NCBI GenBank assembly: GCA_965203515.1
Contig: OZ241907.1
Coordinates: 704,001 to 768,000, forward strand
From: Spirochaetia bacterium
GTDB lineage: Bacteria > Spirochaetota > Spirochaetia > SZUA-6 > Bin103
Reading direction: 5' to 3'
Length of the DNA stretch: 64,000 bases
How positions within the stretch are numbered: position 1 is the stretch's first letter; each line of letters begins with the position of its first letter. Both the position numbers and the translations under genes were made by a program. The notes under the pieces were generated by a model, which ran no database searches, was not told the origin of the DNA, and was given only the letters and a program-made list of their open reading frames with translations. Shown here one piece after another: positions 40,832 through 49,891 of this stretch.

Positions 40832-43800
40832 ATGCCGGCTCCCGATCCGAACACGCGTGCGCATCTGGAATGGCTGGGCTACATCCAGCCGCACGGTCTG
40901 GTGGTGTCGGCGCCGGCGCTGATCAAGGCGGGCGCGATCGTCAACCGGCAGGACGCGCACCGGCAGGCGCTGCTCGCCGGCTGCACGGAGGAACGCACGG
41001 TCGCTCCTGACCGGCAGCCCACAGCGTGCATCCGCGACTTCCGCGAGTTCGTCAGCACGGTGCTCGGCTGGCGCTTCTCGCCCCGGGGCTACGCCGGCTT
41101 CACCGAAGCAGCTCCGATCCCGGAAGAACTGACGCTGCCGCTCCCCGACTACGGCGAGACTCTGCGCCCGGACTTCGCGGTGCGCGAGCGCGACCCGTCG
41201 AACGGCGCTTCGCCGTGGCAACTGCTGGTGCAGGTGCTGGCCGCCGGCCAGGACTTCGACCGCCCGGCGCCCGGCGGGCTGGAAGCGTCGGCCCAGGGGC
41301 GCGCCGAACGCCTGCTGCGCGCCACCGGGGTGCCGGCCGGCGTGCTGGTCAACGGCGCGGCGCTACGCCTGATCTCCGCCCCGCGCGGCGAGAGTTCCGG
41401 CTGGATCGACTTCCGCTTCGCCGACCTGCTCACCACCGCCGGGCGCCCGCTCTGCTCCGCCCTGCACCTGCTCCTCTCCGAACAGCGCCTGCTGGCGCTG
41501 CCGCGCCAGAAACGCCTCACCGCCTTGCTGGCCGACAGCCGCCTCTACCAGAACGAGGTCTCCGAGCGCTTGGCCGAGCAGGTCCTGCACGCGCTGTACG
41601 AGCTGCTGCGCGGCTTCCAGAACGCCCACGACGCATCGGACGGCGCGTTGCTGAGCGAGCCGCTGGCCGCCGGCGGCGACCGCAACGACATCTACCGCGG
41701 GCTGCTCGCCGTCATCCTGCGGCTGGTGTTCCTGCTGTACGCGGAGGAGCGCGGCCTGCTGCCGGAGGACGAGACCTTCGCGCGCCACTACGCGCTGGGC
41801 GGCCTCTACCAGCGGCTGCGCAAGGACGCTGCGGCGCACCCGGACACGATGGATCAGCGGTACGGCGCCTGGGCGCAGTTGCTGGTGCTGTTTCGCCTGC
41901 TCCACGACGGGGTGCCGGCGCACCGCACCGGTGGGGCGGTGAGTCTGCCGGAGCGCCGCGGCGCGCTGTTCGACCCGGACCGCTACCGGTTCCTGGAGGG
42001 CCGCAGCGGCAGCGGGGCGCGGCAGATCGACGAGCGGATACAGCCGCCGCGGGTGTCCGACGGGGTGATCTACCGGGTCCTGGAGAAGCTGCTGGTGCTG
42101 GACGGGGAACGGCTCTCCTACCGGACGCTCGACGTGGAGCAGATCGGCTCGGTGTACGAGACGATCATGGGGTTTCGCCTGGAGACCGCCGCCGGGCGCT
42201 CGGTGGCGGTCAAGCCGGCCAAGAAGCTGGGCGCGCCCACCACGATCGACCTCGACGCGCTGCTGGCGCAGGCTCCGGCGCGCCGCGGGCGCTGGCTGCA
42301 GGAGCGCGCCGACCGCCCCGTCAGCGCTGCGGTCGCCAAGGGGCTGCGCGCCGCGGAGAGCGTGAATGACCTGCACGCGGCGCTGGACCGGGTGCTGGAT
42401 CACGCCGCGACCCCGGACCTGGTGCCGCCCGGCGGGCTGGTGCTGCAGCCCAACGAGGAGCGGCGCCGTTCCGGCTCGCACTACACGCCGCGCGAGCTGA
42501 CCGAGCCGATCGTGCGCCACACGCTGGCGCCGCTGCTGGAGCGGCTGCGCGGCGCGGACGGGCGCGCGCCGGCGCCGGAGCGGATTCTCGATCTCAAGGT
42601 CTGCGATCCGGCGATGGGCTCGGGGGCGTTTCTGGTGGAGACCTGCCGCCAGTTGGCCGACGCGCTGATCGAGGCGTGGGGCGCGCACGGCGCCGCGCCC
42701 GACATCCCGCCGGATGAGGACGAGGTGACCTTCGCGCGCCGTCTGGTGGCGCAGAAGTGTCTGTACGGCATCGACCGCAACCCGATGGCGGTCGACCTGG
42801 CCAAGGTGTCGCTGTGGCTGAGCACGCTGGCGCGCGACCATCCGTTCACCTTCGTGGACCACGCGTTCCGGCACGGCGACTCGCTGGTGGGGCTGACGCG
42901 GCGCCAGATAGAGGCGCTGCACTGGCAGGGCGGGCAGCCGATCCTGGCCGGCTTCGGGGTGCGCGAGGCGGTGGCAGAGGCATCCGAGTTGCGGCGCCGG
43001 ATTCGGGAGGCGGACGACACCGTGACCGACCGGGAGCTGCAGAGGCTGTGGCGCGGCGCGCAGGACGCGCTGGAGGAGGTGCGGCGGTTCGGCGATCTGA
43101 CGCTGACGGCGTTCTTCGCGGGCTCGAAGCCGAAGGAGCGGGAGTCGCGCCGGGCGGCGTACCAGGAAGCGATTCTGACGCGGCAGGCGCAGCGCCACGC
43201 GGCGGAGCTGGCGGCGCGCCGTAACACTCAAGAGATGCCGTTCGCGCCGTTCCACTGGGAGATCGAGTTCCCGGAGGTGTTCGAGCGGGAGAACCCGGGC
43301 TTCGACGGCTTCGTCGGCAATCCGCCGTTCGCGGGCAAGAACAGCGTAGCCGCCGGCAACGTCGCCGGCTATCCGAGCTGGCTCAAGGAGTTGCATGCGC
43401 AGAGCCACGGCAACGCCGACCTGGTGGCGCACTTCTACCGGCGCGCGTTCGACCTGCTGCGCGGCGGCGGCGCGTTCGGCCTGATCGCCACCAACACCAT
43501 CGCCCAGGGCGATACCCGCTCCAGCGGCCTGCGCCGGATCTGCGAGCGCGGCGGGGATGTCTACCGCGCCGTCAAGCGCGTCAAGTGGCCGGGCGATGCG
43601 GCGGTGGTGGTCAGCGTGGTGCATGTGGAGAAGGGCGAGTTTGCCGGCAAGAGGATGCTCGACGGCGCTCCGGTGGAGCGCGTCACGGCGTTTCTGTTTC
43701 ATCGCGGCGGGCACGCCGATCCGGTGCGGCTGGCGGCCAACGCCGGCAAGAGCTTTGTCGGGAGCTACATACTCGGCATGGGATTCACCTTCGACGACAC

Positions 43801-44884
43801 CGACAAGAAAGGAGTCGCGTCACCGCTCGCCGAGATGCGGCGGCTGATCGAGGCCGACCCGCGCAACCGGGAAGTGATCTTCCCCTACATCGGCGGCGAG
43901 GAGGTAAACACCAGCCCCACGCACGCGCACCATCGTTACGTCATCAATTTTCGCGATTGGCCCCTGCACCGGGCGAAGATCGGGGAATCGTGGGCCGCGG
44001 CTGGCGCGGAGAGAAAGGCGAGCGTTCGGCGCCGTCCGCTTGTGCCGCACGACTACCCCGGCCCCGTAGCCGCCGATTGGCCGGACTTGCTGAGAATCGT
44101 CGAGACAAGGTGCAAGCCAGAGCGCGACATCCAGAACCGTAAAGCACTTCGAGAGCGTTGGTGGCATTACGCCGAAAAGCGACCGGGCCTCTACGCCGCA
44201 ATCGCTGGCCTGGACCGAGTGCTGGTAGTCTCCCGTGTCGGCCAACACGCGGCATTTACCTTCCTCCCAAGAGACATGGTGTACGCGGAATCCATGATCG
44301 TCTATCCGTTCCAGACTTATACGGCATTCTGCGCGTTGCAATCCCGGCCGCACGAAATCTGGGCGCTCTTCTTTGGATCGTCACTGGAAGACCGGCTTCG
44401 CTACACCCCCTCCGACTGCTTCGAGACCTTCCCATTCCCGGAAGGCTGGGAAACCGATCCCGCCCTCGAAGCCGCCGGCAAGGCGTACTACGAGCACCGC
44501 GCCGCGATCATGGCGGACAACGACGAAGGCATGACCAGCACCTACAACCGCTTCCACGACCTCTACGAGACCGGCCCGCACGTCGCCAAGCTCCGCGACC
44601 TGCACGCCGCCATGGACCGCGCCGTGCTCGACGCCTACGGCTGGAGCGATCTCCCCACCGACTGCGACTTCCTCCTCGACTACGATATCGACGAAGCCGC
44701 CTGGGGCCGCAAGAAGAAACCCTTCCGCTACCGCTGGCCTGACGAAGTCCGCGACGAAGTCCTCGCCCGCCTGCTCGCCCTCAACGCCGACCGCGCCGCC
44801 GCCGAAGCCCGCGCCGGCACCGCTGCCGGCCTCCGGTATCCGGCAGATCGAGCGCACTTCCAATTTGTGGGTAGATTCGGATGA
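40832..44884 (+). CDS. Large N6-adenine methyltransferase/restriction fusion (type IIG/MmeI-like; DISARM DrmMI-like)
   Basis: HLEWLGYIQPHGLVVS, GSHYTP, DPAMGSGAFL, GNPPF, LRYTPSDCFETFPFP. Confidence 0.88.
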   Translation: MPAPDPNTRAHLEWLGYIQPHGLVVSAPALIKAGAIVNRQDAHRQALLAGCTEERTVAPDRQPTACIRDFREFVSTVLGWRFSPRGYAGFTEAAPIPEELTLPLPDYGETLRPDFAVRERDPSNGASPWQLLVQVLAAGQDFDRPAPGGLEASAQGRAERLLRATGVPAGVLVNGAALRLISAPRGESSGWIDFRFADLLTTAGRPLCSALHLLLSEQRLLALPRQKRLTALLADSRLYQNEVSERLAEQVLHALYELLRGFQNAHDASDGALLSEPLAAGGDRNDIYRGLLAVILRLVFLLYAEERGLLPEDETFARHYALGGLYQRLRKDAAAHPDTMDQRYGAWAQLLVLFRLLHDGVPAHRTGGAVSLPERRGALFDPDRYRFLEGRSGSGARQIDERIQPPRVSDGVIYRVLEKLLVLDGERLSYRTLDVEQIGSVYETIMGFRLETAAGRSVAVKPAKKLGAPTTIDLDALLAQAPARRGRWLQERADRPVSAAVAKGLRAAESVNDLHAALDRVLDHAATPDLVPPGGLVLQPNEERRRSGSHYTPRELTEPIVRHTLAPLLERLRGADGRAPAPERILDLKVCDPAMGSGAFLVETCRQLADALIEAWGAHGAAPDIPPDEDEVTFARRLVAQKCLYGIDRNPMAVDLAKVSLWLSTLARDHPFTFVDHAFRHGDSLVGLTRRQIEALHWQGGQPILAGFGVREAVAEASELRRRIREADDTVTDRELQRLWRGAQDALEEVRRFGDLTLTAFFAGSKPKERESRRAAYQEAILTRQAQRHAAELAARRNTQEMPFAPFHWEIEFPEVFERENPGFDGFVGNPPFAGKNSVAAGNVAGYPSWLKELHAQSHGNADLVAHFYRRAFDLLRGGGAFGLIATNTIAQGDTRSSGLRRICERGGDVYRAVKRVKWPGDAAVVVSVVHVEKGEFAGKRMLDGAPVERVTAFLFHRGGHADPVRLAANAGKSFVGSYILGMGFTFDDTDKKGVASPLAEMRRLIEADPRNREVIFPYIGGEEVNTSPTHAHHRYVINFRDWPLHRAKIGESWAAAGAERKASVRRRPLVPHDYPGPVAADWPDLLRIVETRCKPERDIQNRKALRERWWHYAEKRPGLYAAIAGLDRVLVVSRVGQHAAFTFLPRDMVYAESMIVYPFQTYTAFCALQSRPHEIWALFFGSSLEDRLRYTPSDCFETFPFPEGWETDPALEAAGKAYYEHRAAIMADNDEGMTSTYNRFHDLYETGPHVAKLRDLHAAMDRAVLDAYGWSDLPTDCDFLLDYDIDEAAWGRKKKPFRYRWPDEVRDEVLARLLALNADRAAAEARAGTAAGLRYPADRAHFQFVGRFG

Positions 44885-44985
44885 AGTTGGTGCTTGGCAG
44901 CGATCAGCCTGGATCGTGCGGTCACCGCGGAACGCCTCCGTCGCCTCCATCGCCATCCATCGGACTATGCGATGCTGAAGAGACG

Positions 44986-46575
44986 ATGCGCTTCTTCAAC
45001 ACCGCCGGTCCGATGCGGCCGGAGGACCACTACTGCATCCCGCCGCTGAGCCGCATCGATGAGCGCGGGCTGCTCACCCTCATTCGGCAGAAGCGCTACT
45101 TCGTGCTGCACGCGCCGCGCCAGACCGGCAAGACCTCGGCCCTGCTGGCGCTGCGCGACCTGCTGAATGGCGGCGCCGCGGGCGCCTGCCGTTGCGTCTA
45201 CGTGAACGTCGAGGCGGGGCAGGCGGCGGGTAACGACGTGGCCGCGGGAATGCGCGCCATCCTCAACGCGATCGCGCGCCGGGCACGCCGGACCCTGAAC
45301 GACCGGGTCCCGGAAACGGTCCGTCGGGAAGTGTTGGAAACCGCCGGGCCGCACGACGCCCTGCAGGAGTTGTTGGCCCGCTGGGCCGAGTCCGACGCCA
45401 GGCCGCTGGTGCTGCTGATCGACGAGATCGACGCGCTGGTCGGCGATACGCTGCTGTCGGTACTGCGCCAGCTTCGCGCCGGCTACGACGAACGGCCGGA
45501 CGGGTTCCCGCAGAGCGTGATCCTGTGCGGGGTCCGCGACGTGCGCGACTACCGCATCCGCTCCACCAGGGAGAACGCCGTCGTCACCGGCGGCAGCGCC
45601 TTCAACATCAAGGCCGAGTCGCTGCGGCTGGGCGACTTCTCGGCAACCGAAGTGCGGGCCTTGCTCGCCCAGCACACCGCGGAGACCGGCCAACCGTGGA
45701 CCGTTGACGCCCTGGAGACGGTCTGCGAGCTGACCGCCGGCCAGCCGTGGCTGGTGAATGCCCTGGCCTACCAGGCGTGCGACCGCGACGTCGCCGGCCG
45801 CGACCGCAGCCGACCGCTCACCGCGGACGCCATCCACGCCGCGCGCGAGCAGCTCATCCTGCGCCGCGACACCCACCTGGACCAGCTTGCCGACAAGCTC
45901 CGGGAGGAGCGCGTGCACCGGGTGATCGCCCCGCTGCTGAGCGGCCAGGCGAGCACCGAGATGCGGCCCGACGACCTGCAGTACGTGCGCGACCTGGGCT
46001 TGGCGGCGCGGGACGATCCGGTCCGCATCGCCAACCCGATCTACCGCGAGGTGATCCCGCGCGATCTCACCTGGACCACACAGGCGACCTTCACGCACGA
46101 CCCGGCCTGGTACGTGGACGCGGCGGGCAACCTGCGGCTGACCGACTTGCTGGCCGCGTTCCAGGAGTTCTTTCGCGAACACTCCGAACACTGGATCGAG
46201 CGGTTCCAGTACCGCGAAGCCGGCCCGCAGTTGCTGCTGCAGGCGTTCCTGCAGCGCATCGTCAACAGCGGCGGGAGGATCGAACGCGAGTACGGCCTGG
46301 GCCGGATGCGCACCGATCTGCTGATCGTCTGGCCGGCCGCGGCGCCGCCCGGCCGCACCCGCCGGATGGTGATCGAGTGCAAGCTGCTGCACCGCAGCCT
46401 GGAGCGGACCATTCGCGACGGGCTCACCCAGACCCGCGCCTACCTGGAGCGTTTCGGCGCCGGCGAGGGGCACCTCGTGATCTTCGACCGCAGCGCGGAC
46501 AAGCCGTGGGAGCAGAAGCTGTTCCGCCGTGAGCCCACCGCCGGCGGCGCGCCGATCACGGTGTGGGGAATGTAG
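44986..46575 (+). CDS. AAA-like ATPase with C-terminal PD-(D/E)XK-like domain (paralog 2)
   Basis: MRFFNTAGP, APRQTGKTS, LLIDEID, RTDLL..IECK. Confidence 0.88.
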   Translation: MRFFNTAGPMRPEDHYCIPPLSRIDERGLLTLIRQKRYFVLHAPRQTGKTSALLALRDLLNGGAAGACRCVYVNVEAGQAAGNDVAAGMRAILNAIARRARRTLNDRVPETVRREVLETAGPHDALQELLARWAESDARPLVLLIDEIDALVGDTLLSVLRQLRAGYDERPDGFPQSVILCGVRDVRDYRIRSTRENAVVTGGSAFNIKAESLRLGDFSATEVRALLAQHTAETGQPWTVDALETVCELTAGQPWLVNALAYQACDRDVAGRDRSRPLTADAIHAAREQLILRRDTHLDQLADKLREERVHRVIAPLLSGQASTEMRPDDLQYVRDLGLAARDDPVRIANPIYREVIPRDLTWTTQATFTHDPAWYVDAAGNLRLTDLLAAFQEFFREHSEHWIERFQYREAGPQLLLQAFLQRIVNSGGRIEREYGLGRMRTDLLIVWPAAAPPGRTRRMVIECKLLHRSLERTIRDGLTQTRAYLERFGAGEGHLVIFDRSADKPWEQKLFRREPTAGGAPITVWGM

Positions 46576-46592
46576 GTCCGCGAGTCACCGGT
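46567..46592 (+). repeat. 26-bp imperfect direct repeat, left copy (AAA gene 3' end)
   Basis: GGAATGTAGGTCCGCGAGTCACCGGT vs GGAATGCAGGTTCACGAGTCACCGGT at 47173-47198 (3 mismatches). Confidence 0.75.
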
Positions 46593-46595
46593 GAA

Positions 46596-47045
46596 TCAGG
46601 CTGGCCGGATTACCCCGATAGTGAGCAGCAGGTTGGCATAGATGCGCTGCTCGCCGGTGGCGACCGTCAGCGCGACGTCCGCGCCCCTTCCCGCCTCGTA
46701 GAACGCGAACCGCTCCAGTCGTTCCAGCGGCCCGGCAAAGCCGTGAGCCGCGAGCAGATCACGGAACTCCGCCCAGATCGGCGGGTCTTCGGTCATGGCG
46801 TAAGGCCCTTCCTTGGCGGTGGCCATGACCGCCGCGGCCTCCACCGGAACGGCGGGCGCCAGCGCGGCCAGCACGTCGGTGGCGCTGACGATGCCGGGAG
46901 CGAGATTGAGGCTCACCAGCTCGGCGTTGGCGCCCAGGGTGGTACGGAACGGGTAGTTGCCGTCGGCGATGAGCACCTGCGAGCCGTGCCCGGCACGGCC
47001 CAGGACGCGCAGGATATCGGGATGGATCAGCGGCAGGTCGAGCAT
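46596..47045 (-). CDS. RbsD/FucU family sugar mutarotase
   Basis: GHGSQVLIADGNYP, RFAFYE, ATGEQRIYANLLLTIGV. Confidence 0.92.
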   Translation of the reverse strand: MLDLPLIHPDILRVLGRAGHGSQVLIADGNYPFRTTLGANAELVSLNLAPGIVSATDVLAALAPAVPVEAAAVMATAKEGPYAMTEDPPIWAEFRDLLAAHGFAGPLERLERFAFYEAGRGADVALTVATGEQRIYANLLLTIGVIRPA

Positions 47046-47172
47046 GACGGCAGCCAGTGTGCGGGAGTATGCCGGCCATGGGCAAGGCCCCCGCCGGCCG
47101 GCGTAGCGGTGTCGAGTCGTGTCGAGGCCAGATAAATCCGAAAATCGGTCCCGTTTTGTGGCCCAGGAGGAC

Positions 47173-47198
47173 GGAATGCAGGTTCACGAGTCACCGGT
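47173..47198 (+). repeat. 26-bp imperfect direct repeat, right copy
   Basis: Matches 46567-46592. Confidence 0.75.
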
Positions 47199-47878
47199 CA
47201 CCGGAGTGCCCAGCGCTGGTCTTTCAGGAAGTTGCGGAACAGGTCGCGGCCCCTGACGTTGCCGTAGCTGCGGGATACGGTGTTCCACCAGCGGGTACCC
47301 GGATGCGGCGTGCTGGCGCACGGCAGGTGGGACTCCCGGGTGACTTCACCGGCGTAGCGGCCGGCGAAGCGGGAGGTCGCGATCACCAGTTCAGGACGGT
47401 GGCGCCGGATGAACCAGCGGAGCACCGCCGCGGCCACTTCAAAGTCCTGCGGGACGGCTTTGCCTTCCAGGCTGCCGCCGGCCACCGGCGCCGGCCTCAC
47501 GAAGTAGTTGCAGTACGCGACGTGGTTGAGCGGAAACTCGTCCGGCGTCACTCCGCTCTCCCGCAGCATCCCGGCGACCTCGTCCTGAATCGCCCGGTAG
47601 ATGCGGTGCGCCCGGTACCATCGTCCGGTGATGTTGCCGGCCGTGGACGCCCATCTGACTTCCTCGCCGCTCAGCTCCTCCTGTCTGCTCCGGTACCAGC
47701 GGCCGGGGTCTCGGTGGATGGTGGAGTCGGGCGGCAGATAGTGGCTCTCGCCGATCACCAGCAGCCGCTTGTGGCTCTCGTCCCGATACCGGCTGCCGAT
47801 CCAGGGCCGCATGCAGGGGAACCGCCGCAGATGATCCGGCAGCGGTGTAGCGGTCTCGAGGATCAGCGATCGTTCCAC
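47198..47878 (-). CDS. Uracil-DNA-glycosylase-fold hypothetical protein (chimeric N-terminus)
   Basis: PWIGSRY, LLVIGESHY, AYCNY, PELVI, TPHPG. Confidence 0.6.
   Translation of the reverse strand: MERSLILETATPLPDHLRRFPCMRPWIGSRYRDESHKRLLVIGESHYLPPDSTIHRDPGRWYRSRQEELSGEEVRWASTAGNITGRWYRAHRIYRAIQDEVAGMLRESGVTPDEFPLNHVAYCNYFVRPAPVAGGSLEGKAVPQDFEVAAAVLRWFIRRHRPELVIATSRFAGRYAGEVTRESHLPCASTPHPGTRWWNTVSRSYGNVRGRDLFRNFLKDQRWALR
47714..47846 (+). repeat. ~133-bp direct repeat, left copy
   Basis: Near-identical to 51042-51175. Confidence 0.9.
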
Positions 47879-49293
47879 TTGTCTTCCGGCGCCCGTTGCT
47901 CCTCCTTGGAACGATCGATTGCTTTGAGTTCGGCGGCGGTAAACGGCGCCGAACCGCGTTCGAGCCGACTCAGCAGTTCCGCGGCCGTAATCGTGTCATC
48001 CGGTCGAGCCGCTCGCAGCTTGCCGTAGGCTTCGATGTTGGCCTGATTGCGAATTTGATAATTGATCACGGACGATGAGACGCTGAATTCATCTGCGATT
48101 TCCTTTACTCCGCGGCGATCCTTTTGCATCTCGACAACGCTCTCGACGGGCGCTAGAAATTCTGCAGCAAAAGCCCGCCCGGTCGCTTGGCGTTCTGCGT
48201 GGCGAAGACCGTTTACCACCGACCACGGCGTATTGCGAAAGCAGACCGCGCCACCTACCGCCCGCGCGAATGCGAAGTTGTTCGACCGCTCGGCGATATC
48301 CGCCGAACTGTCTCGACCACGATCGTGAAGATGGACCCTGATGTCTCCGTCAGAACAGGACACCAGCGCTCGAACGCCGTCGAAGAGTTGGGCGGGCTCG
48401 AACCGTGCGGCTCCCAGCTTCTTTGCAAGTGTCATATAAGATGGAAATCGGTAATCCGATCCGAGGTTCAAGACCTGGCGACAGGCCCGGGCCGCGCGGT
48501 ACCCCGCCGCCCACGGCCTATCAACCTGATCATGCCCGGTCAAGCCTTCGACTTGGATAGCGACGTCGCCAAGTTCCGGCAAGCTCACCGCCGCCGCCGG
48601 TCGCGATTCCATCCGGCGCACATGATCCAGGACTGACGCTGAACGTTCCTTCGTCTTGATACCCGCCAGAAACTCGATCAGCGACTCTTTCGAGAAGATG
48701 TCATTGGCCTGTTCGATGAAGCATGCATCATCGTCCGAAATCGCATACGGGTCCAACCCCAACGCACCGGCCGCCTCGCAGAACGGCTGTCCGTTCGGAT
48801 CGTTGCGCGACTCCCCGACGCGAGACCAACACGCGGCGACTTCGCTATTTCTGACACCCTCACCGGCAAGTCGGTCTACCACTTCCCGTATGAAGCGAGA
48901 CAGCTCTGATTCCGCTACGCTGCGCGGCAGCGTCTCCGCCCCGTCGGACCGAAAACCAAGGTGCGGATTATCACTGTGGAAGTTCTTGCCAGTCACCTCG
49001 AACGTCGAGCCGTCGGTCCTGAAGTGCAGATCGGGTAGCGCGAAGCCGGTTCGATAACGTCGTATTCCGTGATCCCGGTCGCGGCCACCGAAGATGATCC
49101 ACCAGTCGGTCGCGAGCCCTTCGGCGAGGTGAACCGCGGGAACGACAAGGGATTCCGTCTCTTCGTTGGAAACGTAATCGATGAAACGACAGGCGTTCTG
49201 ACCTTGGATGTATATTCCGAGCTTGCAGAGCGTCGCCCGCTCCTCCGCCGCGCGATTCAGCCCGCCGTCAATCCACTCAACCGAAAATCGCAT
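47863..49293 (-). CDS. ImmA/IrrE-like protein lacking HExxH, with antitoxin-like C-terminal extension
   Basis: FAFARAVG where HExxH is expected; RAFAAEFLAP; IADEFSVSSSVINYQIRN HTH. Confidence 0.55.
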   Translation of the reverse strand: MRFSVEWIDGGLNRAAEERATLCKLGIYIQGQNACRFIDYVSNEETESLVVPAVHLAEGLATDWWIIFGGRDRDHGIRRYRTGFALPDLHFRTDGSTFEVTGKNFHSDNPHLGFRSDGAETLPRSVAESELSRFIREVVDRLAGEGVRNSEVAACWSRVGESRNDPNGQPFCEAAGALGLDPYAISDDDACFIEQANDIFSKESLIEFLAGIKTKERSASVLDHVRRMESRPAAAVSLPELGDVAIQVEGLTGHDQVDRPWAAGYRAARACRQVLNLGSDYRFPSYMTLAKKLGAARFEPAQLFDGVRALVSCSDGDIRVHLHDRGRDSSADIAERSNNFAFARAVGGAVCFRNTPWSVVNGLRHAERQATGRAFAAEFLAPVESVVEMQKDRRGVKEIADEFSVSSSVINYQIRNQANIEAYGKLRAARPDDTITAAELLSRLERGSAPFTAAELKAIDRSKEEQRAPEDKWNDR

Positions 49294-49700
49294 CACGTTC
49301 ACTCTTCTCTATCGGCCATCCTTTGTATTCTCCGGAAGCCGTGTTGATGCAGTATCCACACCAATAGACCGGAATCATCCCGGTACCATATCTTCTTGGG
49401 GAACCTCTGGTCGGTCTGGACGAACCGGTAGTTCCCTCGCTCGATAGCTTCTCTGACCCACTCCGTCGCCCGTTCACGATCACTATCCCCTGTCAGTGGA
49501 CAGATGGTCGTCTTCTGTTTGCCGGCTCGACCTGCCCTTCCACCGGGTAGTTGCCGTCCCTTCGGCAATCCTCCCCACCAGCCGCGATCCTTATGCTCGG
49601 CGCTGCCCGTGTATTGGGCTTTAGCTGACAATGCCTGTCGCTGTTCGGGAGTCAGCGGCTTACGTACATGTTTCTGCGTTGGGCGTCTCATTACAAGCAA
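49277..49700 (-). pseudogene. Small toxin-like protein, frameshifted near 49370
   Basis: YTGSAEHK..TTICP..FPKKIWYRDDSG in one frame; YWCGYCINTASGEYKGWPIEKSERDAIFG* in the next, overlapping the downstream start. Confidence 0.6.
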
Positions 49701-49891
49701 GCGACCGGCAGAGCTTGAGACCGCGCAGGAGGGTGTGTCAAGGTCATGCGGTTATCCCCATCCTGCTGCCGGCGGAGGCCGCAGGGATGGGCGCATCGAG
49801 CACGTCTCCGACGTGCTGTTGACACAGCCGCGGGATGCGGTCACGCCTCAACGTCAGGCCGCATCCACTCATCGGCGCATCCCGGCGCGGG

